This document shows, one piece after another, positions 24,814 to 39,298 of a stretch of DNA of 64,000 nucleotides. The notes under the pieces are model-generated. The model was given only the letters and a program-made list of their open reading frames with translations, made no database searches and was not told the DNA's origin. The position numbers were made by a program, and so were the translations under genes. This stretch comes from Chrysomallon squamiferum. Taxonomy: Eukaryota > Animalia > Mollusca. Numbering within the stretch: the stretch's first letter is position 1; every line of letters begins with the position of its first letter. The stretch covers positions 22,258,001 through 22,322,000 of the forward strand of contig CM022667.1 of assembly GCA_012295275.1 (NCBI GenBank). Reading direction: 5' to 3'.

Positions 24814-27800
24814 TGATTTTTGGTACATGTCATATTAGCAAAAGAAAAGACTAATTCAAGCTATTCACAATAGACATGATCATTTATCCATAATATAACA
24901 GTGAGTTACGTTATCAAAACTATTATCTGTGTGTTTATACACTGATCATAGGTTAACAAAACAGATATTACTTTAGAAAACTGATAGCTACATTTCTTCA
25001 CATATTCTCAGAAAAACTTATGCTGTTTGGCAATTCTTTATCTTTGCATTAGGCAATTTTCTGTCCTGGCAAATGTTTTATACAAGATTTATCGCAAATT
25101 ACTTTCCTGTTTCTGTGAATGTGCTCGTAAAAGAATCTTTGCTGTACCTCAAAACAAGTATATATGCTTTATCATTATATAAAAAAATTTGATACTAATT
25201 AGTTATATTCCTTTCTTTTTTTTGTAAAAATAAAATAAAAACATCATTGGAAGATTCAATTTACCAATAAAACTTCTTTTCTTTTCTTTTTTTAACTTGG
25301 TAATAGATAACTAAATGGAAATTAAATTTGGCTGCCAAATATTGTTTTTTGCCTGTTTGAATAAGTCCAAGCCATGCTCTAGATGTTGTTAAAATTATTA
25401 TTTATTTAACTTTTTTATTATTATTATTTTTTTTATTAACATTTATATTGGTGGCTGGTACCAAATATGTTATTCATTATCAGCCTGATTGTTTCTTTAA
25501 ACTGTTTTTGATATTTTGGCTTCAGTGAGGTTAAATAAAAATGTTACTGGTTATATAAACTAGTGTTATTAAATTTTATGGTCTATTTGTAACCCAGTGC
25601 TGCTTGCATCATCATAATTGTTTGAGAACAGGAATAAAGTAAATATATATATATAATAACAACTTTTAAAAGTTTGTAAAATGCATTCCATCCCCCCAAA
25701 AAAATCTTAATATGCAATGAAGAGATATTTTTCTATGATTTACTTCTTTTTGAAAGCTAGTTGGTGATAAAGCAGCATTAATAAATATAATCAATCAGTT
25801 TAGTATTCAAACTATGTTGTTTACTGATAACAGTCACTGACCCAGCTTACTATTCCCTTCCCATGAGCATGATAGCAGAGCTCCAGACAGATCAGTTTGG
25901 TCAGCTTGCTATTGATGCAAATCACTGTGTTGCTTAATCCTCATTTACATGCCTGTCTAGACAGGTGACCTCAGAAGACCTCTAGTTGGTTGATATCTGG
26001 TCAGTCAGGTCATTGGCAGCCAGACTAAACCAGATTTTACATCTGTCTTAATATGCTGTGATAACATTTTGGGTGGAGGAGTTTGAATTAATATCCCCTG
26101 ATCAGTTTATAGGCTTAATATAAATTAATTAGATATGAGAAGGTTAGATAATGTATTAAAAAAATAAAGGTTATTGTTTGAATAGGAACAAAAGGAATAA
26201 ATCTGAGTAAATCCTTTATAAATACTGTTATTTATTAGGTTTTCTTTTTAGTTTTTAAATATATTTCAAGAGACATGTTTTAATTTTGTAATTATGTATT
26301 GTTAATGATTTCAGATTTTTAAATACAAAGTAATTTGAATAATTTTTCATTGTGACACTATCAGTATATCTATGTAGGGATTAACTGTTTACCATTTTAT
26401 TTTTTAAGTTGCCAAAACTATATATCAGGACAAAATAGACTTTAAGTTCTAACACAGTGAATAACAAAAAAAAAAAAAAAAAAAAAAAAAAAGAAAAGGA
26501 AAGAAATAATAATAAATTGAAATAAATAAAAAATAATATAGTGAGCAGTATAGATGTAAATAACAATTAATTTATCAAAGTAAAAATAGTTCTTTCAGAA
26601 CTAAAAAAAATTGAAATTTATCTAGCAATATCTTACCACTGATTATACTGATATGGCTATAATCTATAATTATCAGTTTTGTTTTTAAAATTTTATGTAT
26701 TTTTTTAATAAGTAACATAGACTCTCAAATTTTAAAATATTTCTTTAATTCAGCAATTATCAGTACATTGTGTATAACATTGTAATGATCTGATTGTCAT
26801 CAGGTAAAAGGTCAGATCACTCCACCATAATAATTTGTGGATAAAATATCTTTTTAATTCATCATTATAAATCAAATATATTACTGGTGCTTTCTTATTT
26901 AATATTTAAATAATGTTTTTGAAATAAATTGCTGGTTTTTAATATTTCAGCTTAAAATTATATATAGAACTTGTCATATTGGATCTGACAATATTTTCAT
27001 GAAGCAAGAATCAAGATTTAGTATGTTTTCATAAAGCTCTTGGCAGGTGTGTTTTATATAATTAATGTAAAATGTTTGTGATAGATTATAATATGTAGAT
27101 AGATTATCAGAAGAAGAGAAAAATATAAATAATTATGATAAATTAATCAGATTTAATGTTTCTAAAATGCTTTTTCCTGAATTTTGAAATTTCCTAGAGT
27201 AATTGTTTTAAATTTTTCTTTTCAATGATGACAGTAAGGAAATATCACATAAATAATTATATGGGTAGTGATTAGATATGCACTTTTCTTGGATGTGGCT
27301 TATGCACTTCACTTCATTCTGTCCCATACATTTCATTCACTCAAATGTTTATGGCCCATGCATTGTACCTACTGATGTCCCTATACAGACATGGGTATTT
27401 TGCACAAAACCCATTAAGTGCAGGGCATTGATTTTTATATGCATTTACACAGCAGAAACCCTATTTCCTTGCCATTGTAAGATACCAGATACATTAAAAA
27501 TAATGAGTTCTGCAAATCCTATGGCCAGGAAGTTTAAATTTATTACACAAAATCTTAAAATATTTAAAAAAAAAAAAAAAAAATTCTGTTTTAGAAAAAA
27601 AGAAAAATAGAAGTCCCTCTCCAAATTTAATTTTGCAACAATGTTTTACAACAATGGTCTGCTTACATTTGCATGTCTAGACAGTGTCAAGACAAAAATG
27701 ATCTATTCTTTCATAAGAGCTGACACAATCCTTTGAGTTTATACTATAAGAGATATTATTACGTGCCCTGCTGTTAACAAGTGGTAATGCTGTGAAATGC

Positions 27801-28470
27801 TGCTTTAATTGACATAAATAAAAAAACATTAGTTTGACAGAAAAATGTGCTATACATGTTTATATTAAAGGATGTGTACATTGTAATCAACCAGGTATTA
27901 TTGAAATTTCCTTCAGAAGATTTCATTTCCAGGTAAACTGTCTAATAAATAAACTATTTTTCAGAGAATAATAAATCTAATCAGGATGATTTGGATTAAA
28001 ATTGACTTTTCACCTGGTTTGAAATGAAATATAATTCTAAATCGCACATGTAATTCCTGAAATGCATGTAAAATATTGAATTAATAGTAACATAATTTAG
28101 TAACTCAGTATAAGAATATTAAAAAATAAATTGAAATCCTAAACCCCCATCCCACAAGAAAAAAAACCAACATTATTATGACAACAGTTATTTGTCAAGA
28201 TTTCACAAGGATTGGGCATATAAGGCCTACAATGTAGCACATGAAATAAAAAATTACTGGAAAAGTTAGCTTGTAAAAAATGCTTTCTTTCATATATCAG
28301 AAATAACAAATATTCTAATTAACTTTGGTTTTTATCAGTTTTCAGCCAAAAGGATATATTCAAAAGAATTCTTTCTCATTTAATCAGAACTGCAAATAGC
28401 ATTAAATAAAAACTTTATTTATTCTTATAATATATATTTTGAAACAAACATTAGCAACAAGAACAACAAC

Positions 28471-28516
<46 letters not shown>

Positions 28517-30217
28517 CACACATACTGACTTGTTTGCTAGAAATCTCTCTTTGTGTTCCATTCATATAGATTAGGCTATAATGTTGAAAAGTCTAGAAAG
28601 GCTGAGGCTCCAATCTCTATCCTTACTAATTGCCAGAAATGAAACTAATCATATAATTTTATTTCTGATTATTCTGCAATATATAATATGTATTAATTGT
28701 GAAATAAATAAACGAAAAAGAAAAGTATATGTTTATTCTTAAGGAACAATCATTCTAAAACATCATAATATATGTTTTAATTTCCTTCTATTTCCTAATT
28801 TTTTAATTTTGTTTTTCTCAATCCATTATCCATCCAGAGAAGAAATATACCTAGAATAGAGGAGACACTGTTTTCTTCTCATTTATAAATGTTATCTTTT
28901 ATTTCTTGCTGATAGTGTACAGAATAAGTTTCAAAATGCATTAGGAAACATTTGCCTGTTTCATGTTGCAGTCATAATTAAAATGTAAACAGTAAGGATT
29001 TTTAAGAAGAAAGAAAGAACATAAATAATTGTTTCTTCATAAAAGACTTATTACTTTTTAAATTTTTTTAAAGATAATATTAAAACAATTATATTCTTTT
29101 TTTCTTCTTTTTTTAGTTGAAAATGCATATTAGCCATAAATAATGTTGTCCAGAAAGTTGGTTTAAAATGCATTCCACTTATTAATGTTGTATTTAATGG
29201 ACATCAAAAGATGTGTTGTTAAACACTTAAGAATTAATTTTTAAACTTCTTACATGTTTGCAAAAACACTGTCTCTATAGTAAACCTAGTGTACTGCTTA
29301 TAGTAAACCTAGCACATTTGTGTTAACAGTTGTCATTTAATTTGATCCAATTATTCCCTACTATGCACTGTCACTGCATTTCTTAGGAAAAGTAATTTAG
29401 AATAAAACAGAAACTCAACAAGAATAGTTACATATTAAACTCAGAAGTTCAAATGTTAATGTTTCAGCACAAATTAAAATATCTCTCCATTTTAGTGTTG
29501 CAGAAAAGTGAGTGGTACACTGGTGTAAGAGAAATCCCCCCAGATTTTTTAATTTTTATATTTCTCTTCAGTTTTCCCATCCATATAATATAACTTCACA
29601 ATAATTAATTATAACCAATTAAATTCATAGATGGGAATATAATATTTACATATGCATTTTTCTCGTCCTATGTACAAACATGTTCATGGATTTTGTTATT
29701 ACCATGTTTATTCTTTTGCTAACAATTTTGAATTCCCTAATTTTTTTTCAATTTGTTTACTCTAAATGGTACTGAAAGTTACTTATGTTGGAAAATATTC
29801 AAATGATATTGAGCAGAGTACATTTTGTGCAATGTCATTATGACATTAAATAATTTGAAGTGGTTAAATAATTAGTTAAAAGACCTGTTGGTTAGATCTT
29901 GAGCAAGATATTGGTTTAATTTGTCTGAACCATTATTCAACCAAATGTAATTTTCATAATACAAAAAAAAAAAAAAAAAAAAAAAAAAATTACTAACTTT
30001 CTTTATAATTTCTTATTTGAGAAATAGTTTATCTTTTTTCCTTTTTGTTAATGTTATTTTCCCTATAATAACTGAACGCATAACATTTGGTGTACAGAGT
30101 AACAAATTATAAATAGTAATATTGATGGTTATAGTAAATGGTATTGCTGCATAAGACCAACTTTTGAGTTAGTATATGATAAAGGGGAGGTGTCATGCAC
30201 ACTTTCAGTGTAATAAT

Positions 30218-30571
30218 AGATTCTAGGAAAAAAGTCACAGGCAAAAGTCATAATTTTTAATTAAGATTAAGAAATATATTAGAAATGAAAGATAGATTAA
30301 ACACATTTTGAGTTTTTTGTTAATGTTCTTTGATTTTTATGTTAGTGGATTAGGCAGATGTTCCACTCAATATCATGAAGAGATTCTGCCAATTACAAAT
30401 TAGATCTTTTTAGGCATTTCCAGCACAACCATAAGGCTAACAATTACCCCATGCATACTATGATGATACATTGAATATTTTACAAAACCATACATTTTGT
30501 AACTTTTTTTCTGTGATGTTTTTCCTATACTAAATTGTGACTTTTTTCCCATGACGTTTTCTCCAGTCACC
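30218..30571. mobile_element. Decayed foldback/MULE-like MITE with subterminal AAAAGTCACA repeats
   Basis: Left end carries AAAAAAGTCACAG / AAAAGTCATA; right end carries inverted TGTAACTTTTT, TGTGATGTTTT, TGTGACTTTTTT and ATGACGTTTT. Confidence 0.5.
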
Positions 30572-32373
30572 TAATAATACTCAGTCAGAGCTAAATTCAG
30601 TTTCGAAGTAAAGTATATTTTTGTTGGGTTAAAGGTATACATGAAGGCATAAAGCATATGCAGTCAATTAAAAATAAAAATAAGAAAACTAGTTTTTATA
30701 GGCTTTGAATTCTCATCACTATAAAACAATTTCTTTGTATAAAAAACTTTGTTACTAATACAGGCCATCAATAACTAACTGTAGATAAAAATAGAAATTA
30801 GACCAGGCCAATTGATTTTCAATTGTTCATCAGATAACTGCATGAGTTCTGGAATGTACTAAATGTTACATTCCAGAATATTTTTGTGAGAACCAATGTA
30901 TCACATACGACTGAAGGCTGAATAGTGTAATTTGGTCAGATTCAGATGTAATCTTACCACTCTATTTTGTTTTTACTTTATTGATTATCAATGATTTAAG
31001 GTTTTTATGCAGTGCTGACAAGGAATTGTTATTATTATTATTATTATTTTAAATATTTAGAAGTTCTGTAGTGAAAGTTTTGTTCAGTTACCATATCAAA
31101 GCTCAGGAAAACATATTTATAAGGTAAACAAATTACAACAGATTTTGTTGTTTGTAAAATAATCATTTCTTTTTGATATTTCTACAATAAAGTTGTGTTA
31201 AAGACTTTCACGCGTAACATTTCCTTATTTACAATAGTTCTCTAATTATGTGTGATCATACTTATTACCTTAAGTGTAAGCTTAGTTCAACTGCAGTAGT
31301 TAAATGTATTTGAAAAGAACAGTTGAAAGAAACATGTTGAAATAACATTTAAATAGACAACTGGTATTAGGTTAACTCAAAATAATGATAAGCATTTAAT
31401 GATAAATATTTACTTCTTTTTATAAATTTTGTTATTGAAAATAATTACGTAATTTATGCTAGGTTTATAATCATTTCCTCAGTTACAAAACTATGGGAAA
31501 AGTTATTACCTTATAAATAGTATTATTTTAATTTTAAATAATGTTACCTCTTAAGCTAGGTTATGCAGTGTTGAGAATTAGGGCTCAGACATTATCAGCT
31601 GAAAAGAACATGGTCAAGTTAGGTGACAAATATTTTATTATGTCAGGCAAGACCTATTTCTGCTGGTGCTTTTGAGGGTTTTTAATTTTTGATTTTGCCA
31701 AGTAGACAGTACCTGAGGCATTGTGTGTATACTATTAAGGAATAACTCTGGTCTGGTGTCTATTATAAACAGATATTGATCAGGTTTACTTGTCAGTGAC
31801 TAATCACAGTGTATCCTGCATGTCTAGACATGTTATACTAGTATTTAATTGTTTAACAGTCAGTGTGTCACAAAACCACTTGCCCACAACACTGATTCAG
31901 CTTTGTCTAGTTGCTTTGACCTTTCTTAGCTGATGTCAAAATTGTGTTAGATTACACCTAACATGTCTGGCATCCACAAGTAATTATAAATTGCAGCAAA
32001 TGGAAAATAATTTAATATACATCCTGAAGTTTATTTCAAGCAAAATGCCTTCAGGATTGGCAGTTTTTGCCGCAGCACATTACATGTACATGTACAAGCT
32101 CACAGGCTTTGGAAGAATTCCAGTTTTCTTCTTAGCAGAAAGAATGTTGCACTTGTAGTAGTGAAATGTATTTAATGATTTGTGGGATTGGGTAAGATTG
32201 CATTTAACACGGTTAGGATTGGGTGGGTGAATTTTAAATACATACTTATATTATATAGGTTTATATTTGAAATTACATTTTTTCTTATGATATATGACAT
32301 CATTATTTATGCTAAAAAAAAATGGCCTACACCCAATTCACCTATTCACATTAGAAATAATGATAAAATTATA

Positions 32374-35179
32374 GGGTCATTCCGTGTCAAATCACCCAAT
32401 GGTTTAAACCCGACCGTCTCAGATTTTTATGAAACTTGGTATACTTGTTGACTGGGATCCCACAGCACCAAATCTGAAATACTAGCCCAATCAGACCAGT
32501 GGTGTGGGAGATACGGCCCACGGAATTTTGAGATTTTTGCCAAAAATGGGCGTGACCACCAACCTTAGAACCCTCATATCTCAGGCAAAAGGCAAAATGA
32601 CAAGGATACCAAATCTGCCATTTTTGTTTAGTTTGGAAAATATTGGAGTACTTTGACCTTTTGACCTTTGCTATGACCTTGAAATTGACCGTGTGGATCA
32701 TGTGATCTTGAGATGACCTTTATTGAAATTTAATCTCCCACATGTTAACTAAAACATATAAAAGTTTCCTGGGTGTAATATTTTTTGTTTAGCCACAATA
32801 TAGATTTAAAAAATGCACATACATGAAAATAACACCTTTTCAGCCATTAACATCTGATTAACTAAAACCTGAATGATCAATTCTGGATGCTAGGAATCAC
32901 CATCTCTCTTGATCATCGAGTAAGACATTGTAGGCCTACATGTATGCATAAAGTTCACATATAAAAGTTTCCTGGGTATAATATTTTTTGTTTAGCCATA
33001 ATAGAGATTTAAAAAAATGCATACCTGCATGGATGATTGATACAATGCATTACAATGTACATTTTCTCTGAGACTAAAAACTCATCTTTGGAGTTAAAAC
33101 CCACCTGACATGTCTGAAGGAATGCCTGAAGGATATGAAAAGATGCCAAATGGCATGACATGTTCTACACAATCAGGCTCAAAGGATTAACAGGAAGTGA
33201 TGCTTCAGGCAGGTCAGGAACTCCTTTAGATTCCCTGGTGCAATCCCCATTGAGCACATGGTAATTTGAAGTTTAAGACAAAGAAGTTTCTTCATCTGCA
33301 TTTCTTTGACAATCTGAAGCTTTTTAAGTTGGACACAATGTCAGATGTTGATACATATACAATATTTTTATTTCATAAAACCTATTAAATAATTGTATCA
33401 TGTCATGTGGGCCTTGCCATTGGTTTTGAACAAGGCTTCAGTCAACAACAGTACAACCCAGTCTGAAATCAGACATCATCAAGTGATGTACTGCATAATG
33501 TATTTGTACACCCAGTCTTCGGCACAGAGTATGAACAAGGTCTACTTCACCTTAATAAACTGTGATTTATACTTGAGAAGATTGACATAAATGCCCAAGA
33601 CTTGTGGGCCTTTGGCAATAACACATGTATTCTGCTGCCATTTTATGACCTGCTTAATTTTACTGAAAGGGTTTCAGGATTTGATTTAATATTTAGGAAA
33701 GCACTGACTTTGTTCTATTGAATTGAAGGTGCAGGCCAATACTGAAAATCCTTATTTCTTCCAGAGCTAACTGCAGCTTTAATTCTCCTGAAAATGTGTG
33801 TTATCAACACCATCATATCAAAAAGGAGTTGTTGCGAAGTGTATGGAAAACTGAGGAAATCGAACTCCTCACTCTTTGAAGTGGGATCAAAACACGGGAC
33901 ATCAAGAGTATCATGAACAAGAACTTTTCATCAAATTTTCAACATTGCAGAAAAACTGTTGTCATCCCCTTAATCGCCACCCTGAGCAAGCACACACTAG
34001 ATCTTTAAGAATTGTTAGCATGGGCACTTACAAATGCTTAGTAAATCCTCCAAAGACACTAGTGCCAGGAGACAAGTTGTGCTGCGACTGTCTGATTACC
34101 CTTCAGAAATCAAAGGTCCTGCAGAGGATGGCTTTAGTATGGGTGGTATTACAATGGGAGAATTTGGTGATAACTTGCCTAACAAACCGCTGGTTGTTGT
34201 TTCCCTAGAAAAGGACTTTGATTTGAATTCTATTCTGTTGAGTTTAGGCGAAACTCCTGTCAAACTCCATTCACTAGCGCATTCCAGTAAATGAATGAAA
34301 GGACAGAAAAAAACCATCAGCTACAGTAACATTAAAATGACATCTTAATGTCTGAATCCTACACAGAGCGTGTGCAAATCTTGATTTTGTCACCCTTTAC
34401 CATTGAAAGGAGAATGAATTGAAGGAGGAAATAATCCAATTTTATGAAAGTGATGAGAACAGTAGAATGTGTCTGGGAATGAAGGATACAGTGAGCATTT
34501 GAAACAAACATAGTGAGAAGGTTAAGCATCAGAAACACCTAGTTCTCTCAAATTTATGTGAACTTTATGCATACATGTAGGCCTACAATGTCTTACTCGA
34601 TGATCAAGAAAGATGGTGATCCCTAGCATCCGGAGTTGATCATTCAGGTTTTAGTTAATCAGATGTTAATGGCTGAAAATGTGTTATTTTCATGTATGTG
34701 CATTTTTTAAATCTATATTGTGGCTAAACAAAAAATATTACACCCAGGAAACTTTTATATGTTTTAGTTAACATGTGGGAGATTAAATTTCAATAAAGGT
34801 CATCTCAAGATCACGTGATCCACACGGTCAATTTCAAGGTCATAGCAAAGGTCAAAAGGTCAAGGTACTCCAATATTTTCCAAACTAAACAAAAATGGCA
34901 GATTTGGTATCCTTGTCATTTTGCCTTTCTAACAATACCAATTTTATGAAGATTGGCCCAGTAGTTCCTGAGATATGAGGGTTCTAAGGTTGGTGGTCAC
35001 ACCCATTTTTGGCAAAAATCTCAAAATTCCGTGGGCCGTATCTCCCACACCACTGGTCTGATTGGGCTAATATTTCAGATTTGGGATCCCAGTCAACAAA
35101 TATACCAAGTTTTATAAAAATCTGAGACGGTCGGGTTTAAATTTCTTTTTTTTTTGGGTGATTTGACACGGAATGACCC
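32374..35179 (+). mobile_element. Sola2-type DNA transposon, internally deleted, with ~590-625-bp TIRs
   Basis: Termini GGGTCATTCCGTGTCAAATCACCCAA / TTGGGTGATTTGACACGGAATGACCC; perfect 4-bp TSD TATA; near-identical arms 32374-32961 and 34555-35179. GRG..CYC ends, long TIRs and a 4-bp TSD match the described Sola2 group. Confidence 0.88.
33876..34570 (+). pseudogene. Frameshifted N-terminal half of a Sola2-like transposase
   Basis: Cys/His motif QKNCCHPLNRH..LRIV..LVPGDKLCCDC, then LNSILLSLGETPVK, then FYESDENSRMCLGMKDTV..HQKHLVLSNLCELY in shifting frames with a stop. No catalytic domain was recognisable. Confidence 0.75.
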
Positions 35180-35214
35180 TATAGTATATAAAAAAAGAAG
35201 TATTTTTGGTAGAG

Positions 35215-35360
35215 AAACGAGTATCTCATACACTCATTACAGAGACTACAGAGACAGCATCTCATACAGATGATTTCTTGTACAGACAGTATCTCATACA
35301 AACAGTATATTATTCAGACAATATCTTGTGCATGCAGTATCTCAGAGACAATATCTCATG
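35215..35360 (+). repeat. Degenerate ~16-bp minisatellite (ACAGACAGTATCTCAT-like)
   Basis: About 7-8 diverged units: CAGCATCTCATAC, CAGTATCTCATAC, CAATATCTTGTGC, CAGTATCTCAG, CAATATCTCATG. Confidence 0.7.
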
Positions 35361-36407
35361 GTAGCCATATATCACATTTATAATGATTCTTATAATTTTT
35401 TTTCATCAATCTGACGGATAGTTGTATCATTTGCATGCTTTGTTCAAGTTTGCTACAAAGGAGTGGTTTTGTTTTTATGTTTGTCCTGGTGCAGTTTTTT
35501 TGGTCACCATATTTAACAAGCCAATTTTTCAAAGTGATCATCTTACCCAGATATCATCTGAAAAAAAATCAAAGTTACTCTAGTTACTCCTAATGATGCC
35601 TCTGCAGCAAGAGGGTTTTTTATTGGAGTATTATAACTTTTAGTTAAGTTGAAAAATAAAATTTATTCGTGCAATATTGCTACGTACACGTATATTAATA
35701 TCATTACTCAACAACTAGGTTTTGCTTAACAAAGTACAGTATTATATCAGAGTTCAGTATTACAATTATCACATTATTATCACATTTAAGAATACAGTAT
35801 ACACTGCATTAGTTGGTTCTGGTTACCATGAGGTTTGCAGTGGATGTTGTGACCAACAATTATGAATTGTTTTTGTAAGCAGGATTTAATTGATTGTCAT
35901 CATCAAACACCAAGGGAATTTTGTGTGTGTGTGTGTGTGTGTGTGAGGACATATAGGTATGTATGTGTATAAACAGTCAGTCAAAACAAATATAAATAAA
36001 AAATCCCCACAAATGCATATATATGTGTGTGTGTGTGTGTGTGTATGTATGCTACCATGCGTACATAGATGTATGAGTAAGTTCATACATACAGGCACAT
36101 TCATACAGATGCACCTAATGTTAACATGCATACCATAGTTAAAATATTGTCCAGAATAATATTCTGTCATTTCAAACATAGCATATAAAAATATTATATA
36201 TAAATATGTACTTGGGAGGTTGTGTTTTTTTACATTTGTTCTGATTAATTATGACCTGACAACAATTGTTAAATAGGATATTATTTCTGACATTAAATCA
36301 TTATTTCAAATATTATTCTTGCACTGGTTTTTATGTGCTATTATGAATTGTTGTAAGCAAGACTTTCCTACCAATAACTAAATGTCAATAAGCAATAATA
36401 AAAAAAA

Positions 36408-36504
36408 ATTCCAGTGCATTTGTTTTCCAAATTTACATAGTGCCATTTCTTCCAGATGCCATTTTTTCCAGTGACATATTTTCTGGTGCCATTTGTTTCC
36501 ATAC
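36408..36504. repeat. Short array of ~15-16-bp TGCCATTTTTTCC(A/G) units, possibly a solo MULE/foldback-type end
   Basis: TGCCATTTCTTCCAG, TGCCATTTTTTCCAG, TGACATATTTTCTGG and TGCCATTTGTTTCC in tandem. Confidence 0.55.
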
Positions 36505-39246
36505 CTCAACATTATATATGACTGTATACCTCAGTGTAACACATACAACCTCTAGAAATACTAACATGTCAATGTCTTGCATGAAGACAATGATATAGTT
36601 GTTCATTTTTAAGGTTAAAGTTTGCTTTAAATAAAAATACCAGTGCCACTCTTGAAATTTGGAAAGCATTACAAGTAAGAGGGATTTTACTAGTCATTTG
36701 TAATATGGTCTTCTTTGTATATAGTTATTGCTGATTCATGTGCGTTTGCATTTTATTTTATAATGCACCAAATATTCTCAGTTTTAATATGTGCAGCTGT
36801 TATTATTCATAGAGGAATATGGTGAATATTTTGATGTGATACATGCAGTGATTAATATACAAGATTTATTAGTTTACCATACATTTCACAGACGTTTGGT
36901 TGTGAAAAATTGTGTGTTTATATATTATGGTTTGGAAATTTTGTAAGACAAACATAAACCACCTCCATTAATGTTCAGTTAATCCACATTGTGCCAGTAG
37001 AAATAAAGAATCAAACATATTTAATTTACCAGATTACAAGATAATTAATTACAGTTTTGGATGTTTTGTATTAACCTGAATATATTTGAAATATCCATAT
37101 GCTTACATTATTTGATTTTATATGCAGATAGTATTTTTTAAGAGACATGTTTCCACTGTAGACCATTTTAACTTGGCACTTGTGAAAACAACCTGTCAGC
37201 AACATTGTTCATGTAATAGGTAAACAGTAAGATCCTTGAAACTTCAGCAAATCAGAATAGGACAGTATGTTGGCTGAAATTTCCCAATGAATGGTAAATT
37301 ATTGCTTCAAATACCAAGAAATAATTAACTATCTTTATTCACATTTCTTTGCATTGGCTCATGCTTCAGGTTATAAGAGTTTTCAACTTGCAGCAAATGT
37401 GGTCTGTTTTTTTTAGGGGGTTTATTATTCTTATTTATTTTCTGTCTGCAGCCATGATGATGGATGATAACCATAAAGTTTCATTACAAATTCTCATTAC
37501 TGATTCTGTATTAATCACTGTTATTAATACAGGATTGAAAATGCTCTGCAGGTTGACAAAGACAATCATCAGTGTAAATACAACGAAAGAACAGCAGATT
37601 TGAAAGCAGTACTGAATAAATCAAGCATTCAGGTTGGGCTGACCTGCTGTGCTTTATAGTGCCAGCTCATCTGGTCACTGGGTCAGTCTGTCTGGCATGT
37701 GTTAGTTGTTTGATCAGTGATGGTCACTTACACTGACTGCATGTTACCTTGTCTGGCTTATTTATTTAGCAGATAATTTAATTTCATCCTTTTTAATTTC
37801 TGTTTTATAACAATAACATTAATTTGCTGATAAAAACAACAACAGCAGTAAGAAATATTGATTTAACTAAAATATGGCATGATTGGTTCAAGGATAGGAA
37901 GGGATGACGTGTTCAGAAAAGTAGAAGATATTTTATTATTATTATTTCTATTTTAGAGCTGCTGTAGTTGATGTCTGCCTGACATTAATTGCCAAATTCT
38001 TAAGTATTCAGAGATGAATTGACTGAATTTAAAAAAAAAGAAAAAGAATGTAAATCCTGGTATAAATGTCTTACAATGTCTTAATACTAAATATCCTGAA
38101 AAGTATTTTATATATAACTTGAATTATCTGAATATATTTAAATTGATATCTATACGTTTAAACACATTTCCTTTTTTTACATACTGCATACTGAATATTT
38201 ATAATTTTATTTGATAAAAAATGTTAAATCAGTCCAAATTGTGTGTTTGTAACTGTAGCTTAGTCCAAATTTAACTGGAAATGTATGAGTACACAGTTAA
38301 ATTTTGAATAAGTAATACTCATTCACAATTTTTATTTTAGCAGTAAACATGTAGTAATTTCAGTTCAGTTATAAAAATAATTTAATGTGGTTTAATTGAT
38401 TAATGTGCCTTCAGTATTCATCAGACCTATAAAATAAAGAAATAGTGTTGACATTCATTCAGCATATTATTTAATTCTATGGTATCACCAGTTCTTTTTT
38501 GTTTTGGATCAGTGGACTTTTTATGTATTGTTTCCCCTAGACAGAAAAGAACAAACCATGTTTTTTGTTAAGCCAGTTGAGGGGCATTGGCAAAAATAGT
38601 AATTAATATTTAAACAAATATTTTGAATCTTCAGGAAGAGATCATATTGCCATGCACTAGTGTAAAGGACTTAGACTGATGATATTTAATATGATATTTA
38701 CAACTCTATAAATTACTACCTCATCATAGCATTATAGAAATTCAAGCAAATGTAGCTTCTTAATTTTAGTATTCTGATTGGGAAATGCAATGAATGTTGG
38801 CCTAAGATCTGTTAATACTAATTAGGTGTCAAAGTTAGAAGCTAAAAAAAGTTCAAAATCGATGAAGAGGATAGAGATTTTGTGCCATTTAATTAGTCAA
38901 ATTAGATGAATCATAGACAGAATTTAAGCAGCTGGTAGAGTTCAGTGGTTTCTGGTTAAAAAATAAATAAAATAAAATTATGGAATTTTAAATGACATGT
39001 TTCTTTTATCCTGTTGTAAAATTTAAAAACAGCATAGAAAAATCATGACTAAAAACAATAAAAATGCCTGATTCAATGTATAAGAAGCTCTGATGTAGTT
39101 ATAAAGCAGCTAAATTAGAATTAATTTAAAAGCTGTTATACCTTGTTTTTATTATTATTATGACCAAGCTGCTCTGTGCCTAATCAAGATTTCAGTATCC
39201 TGTTATCTATCATATGACTTAATAACGGATTTTTCTATGCTGATAT

Positions 39247-39251
<5 letters not shown>

Positions 39252-39296
<45 letters not shown>
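39252..39296. repeat. (GA)n microsatellite
   Basis: Directly visible. Confidence 0.97.

Positions 39297-39298
<2 letters not shown>

Noticed and set aside
27278-27610. 110-aa ATG-initiated intronic ORF
   Set aside because: No recognisable domain or splice logic; it ends in a poly-A-derived lysine run.
35215-36504. CRISPR-like or regularly spaced arrays
   Set aside because: Units are degenerate tandem repeats without unique spacers; eukaryotic context and no cas genes.
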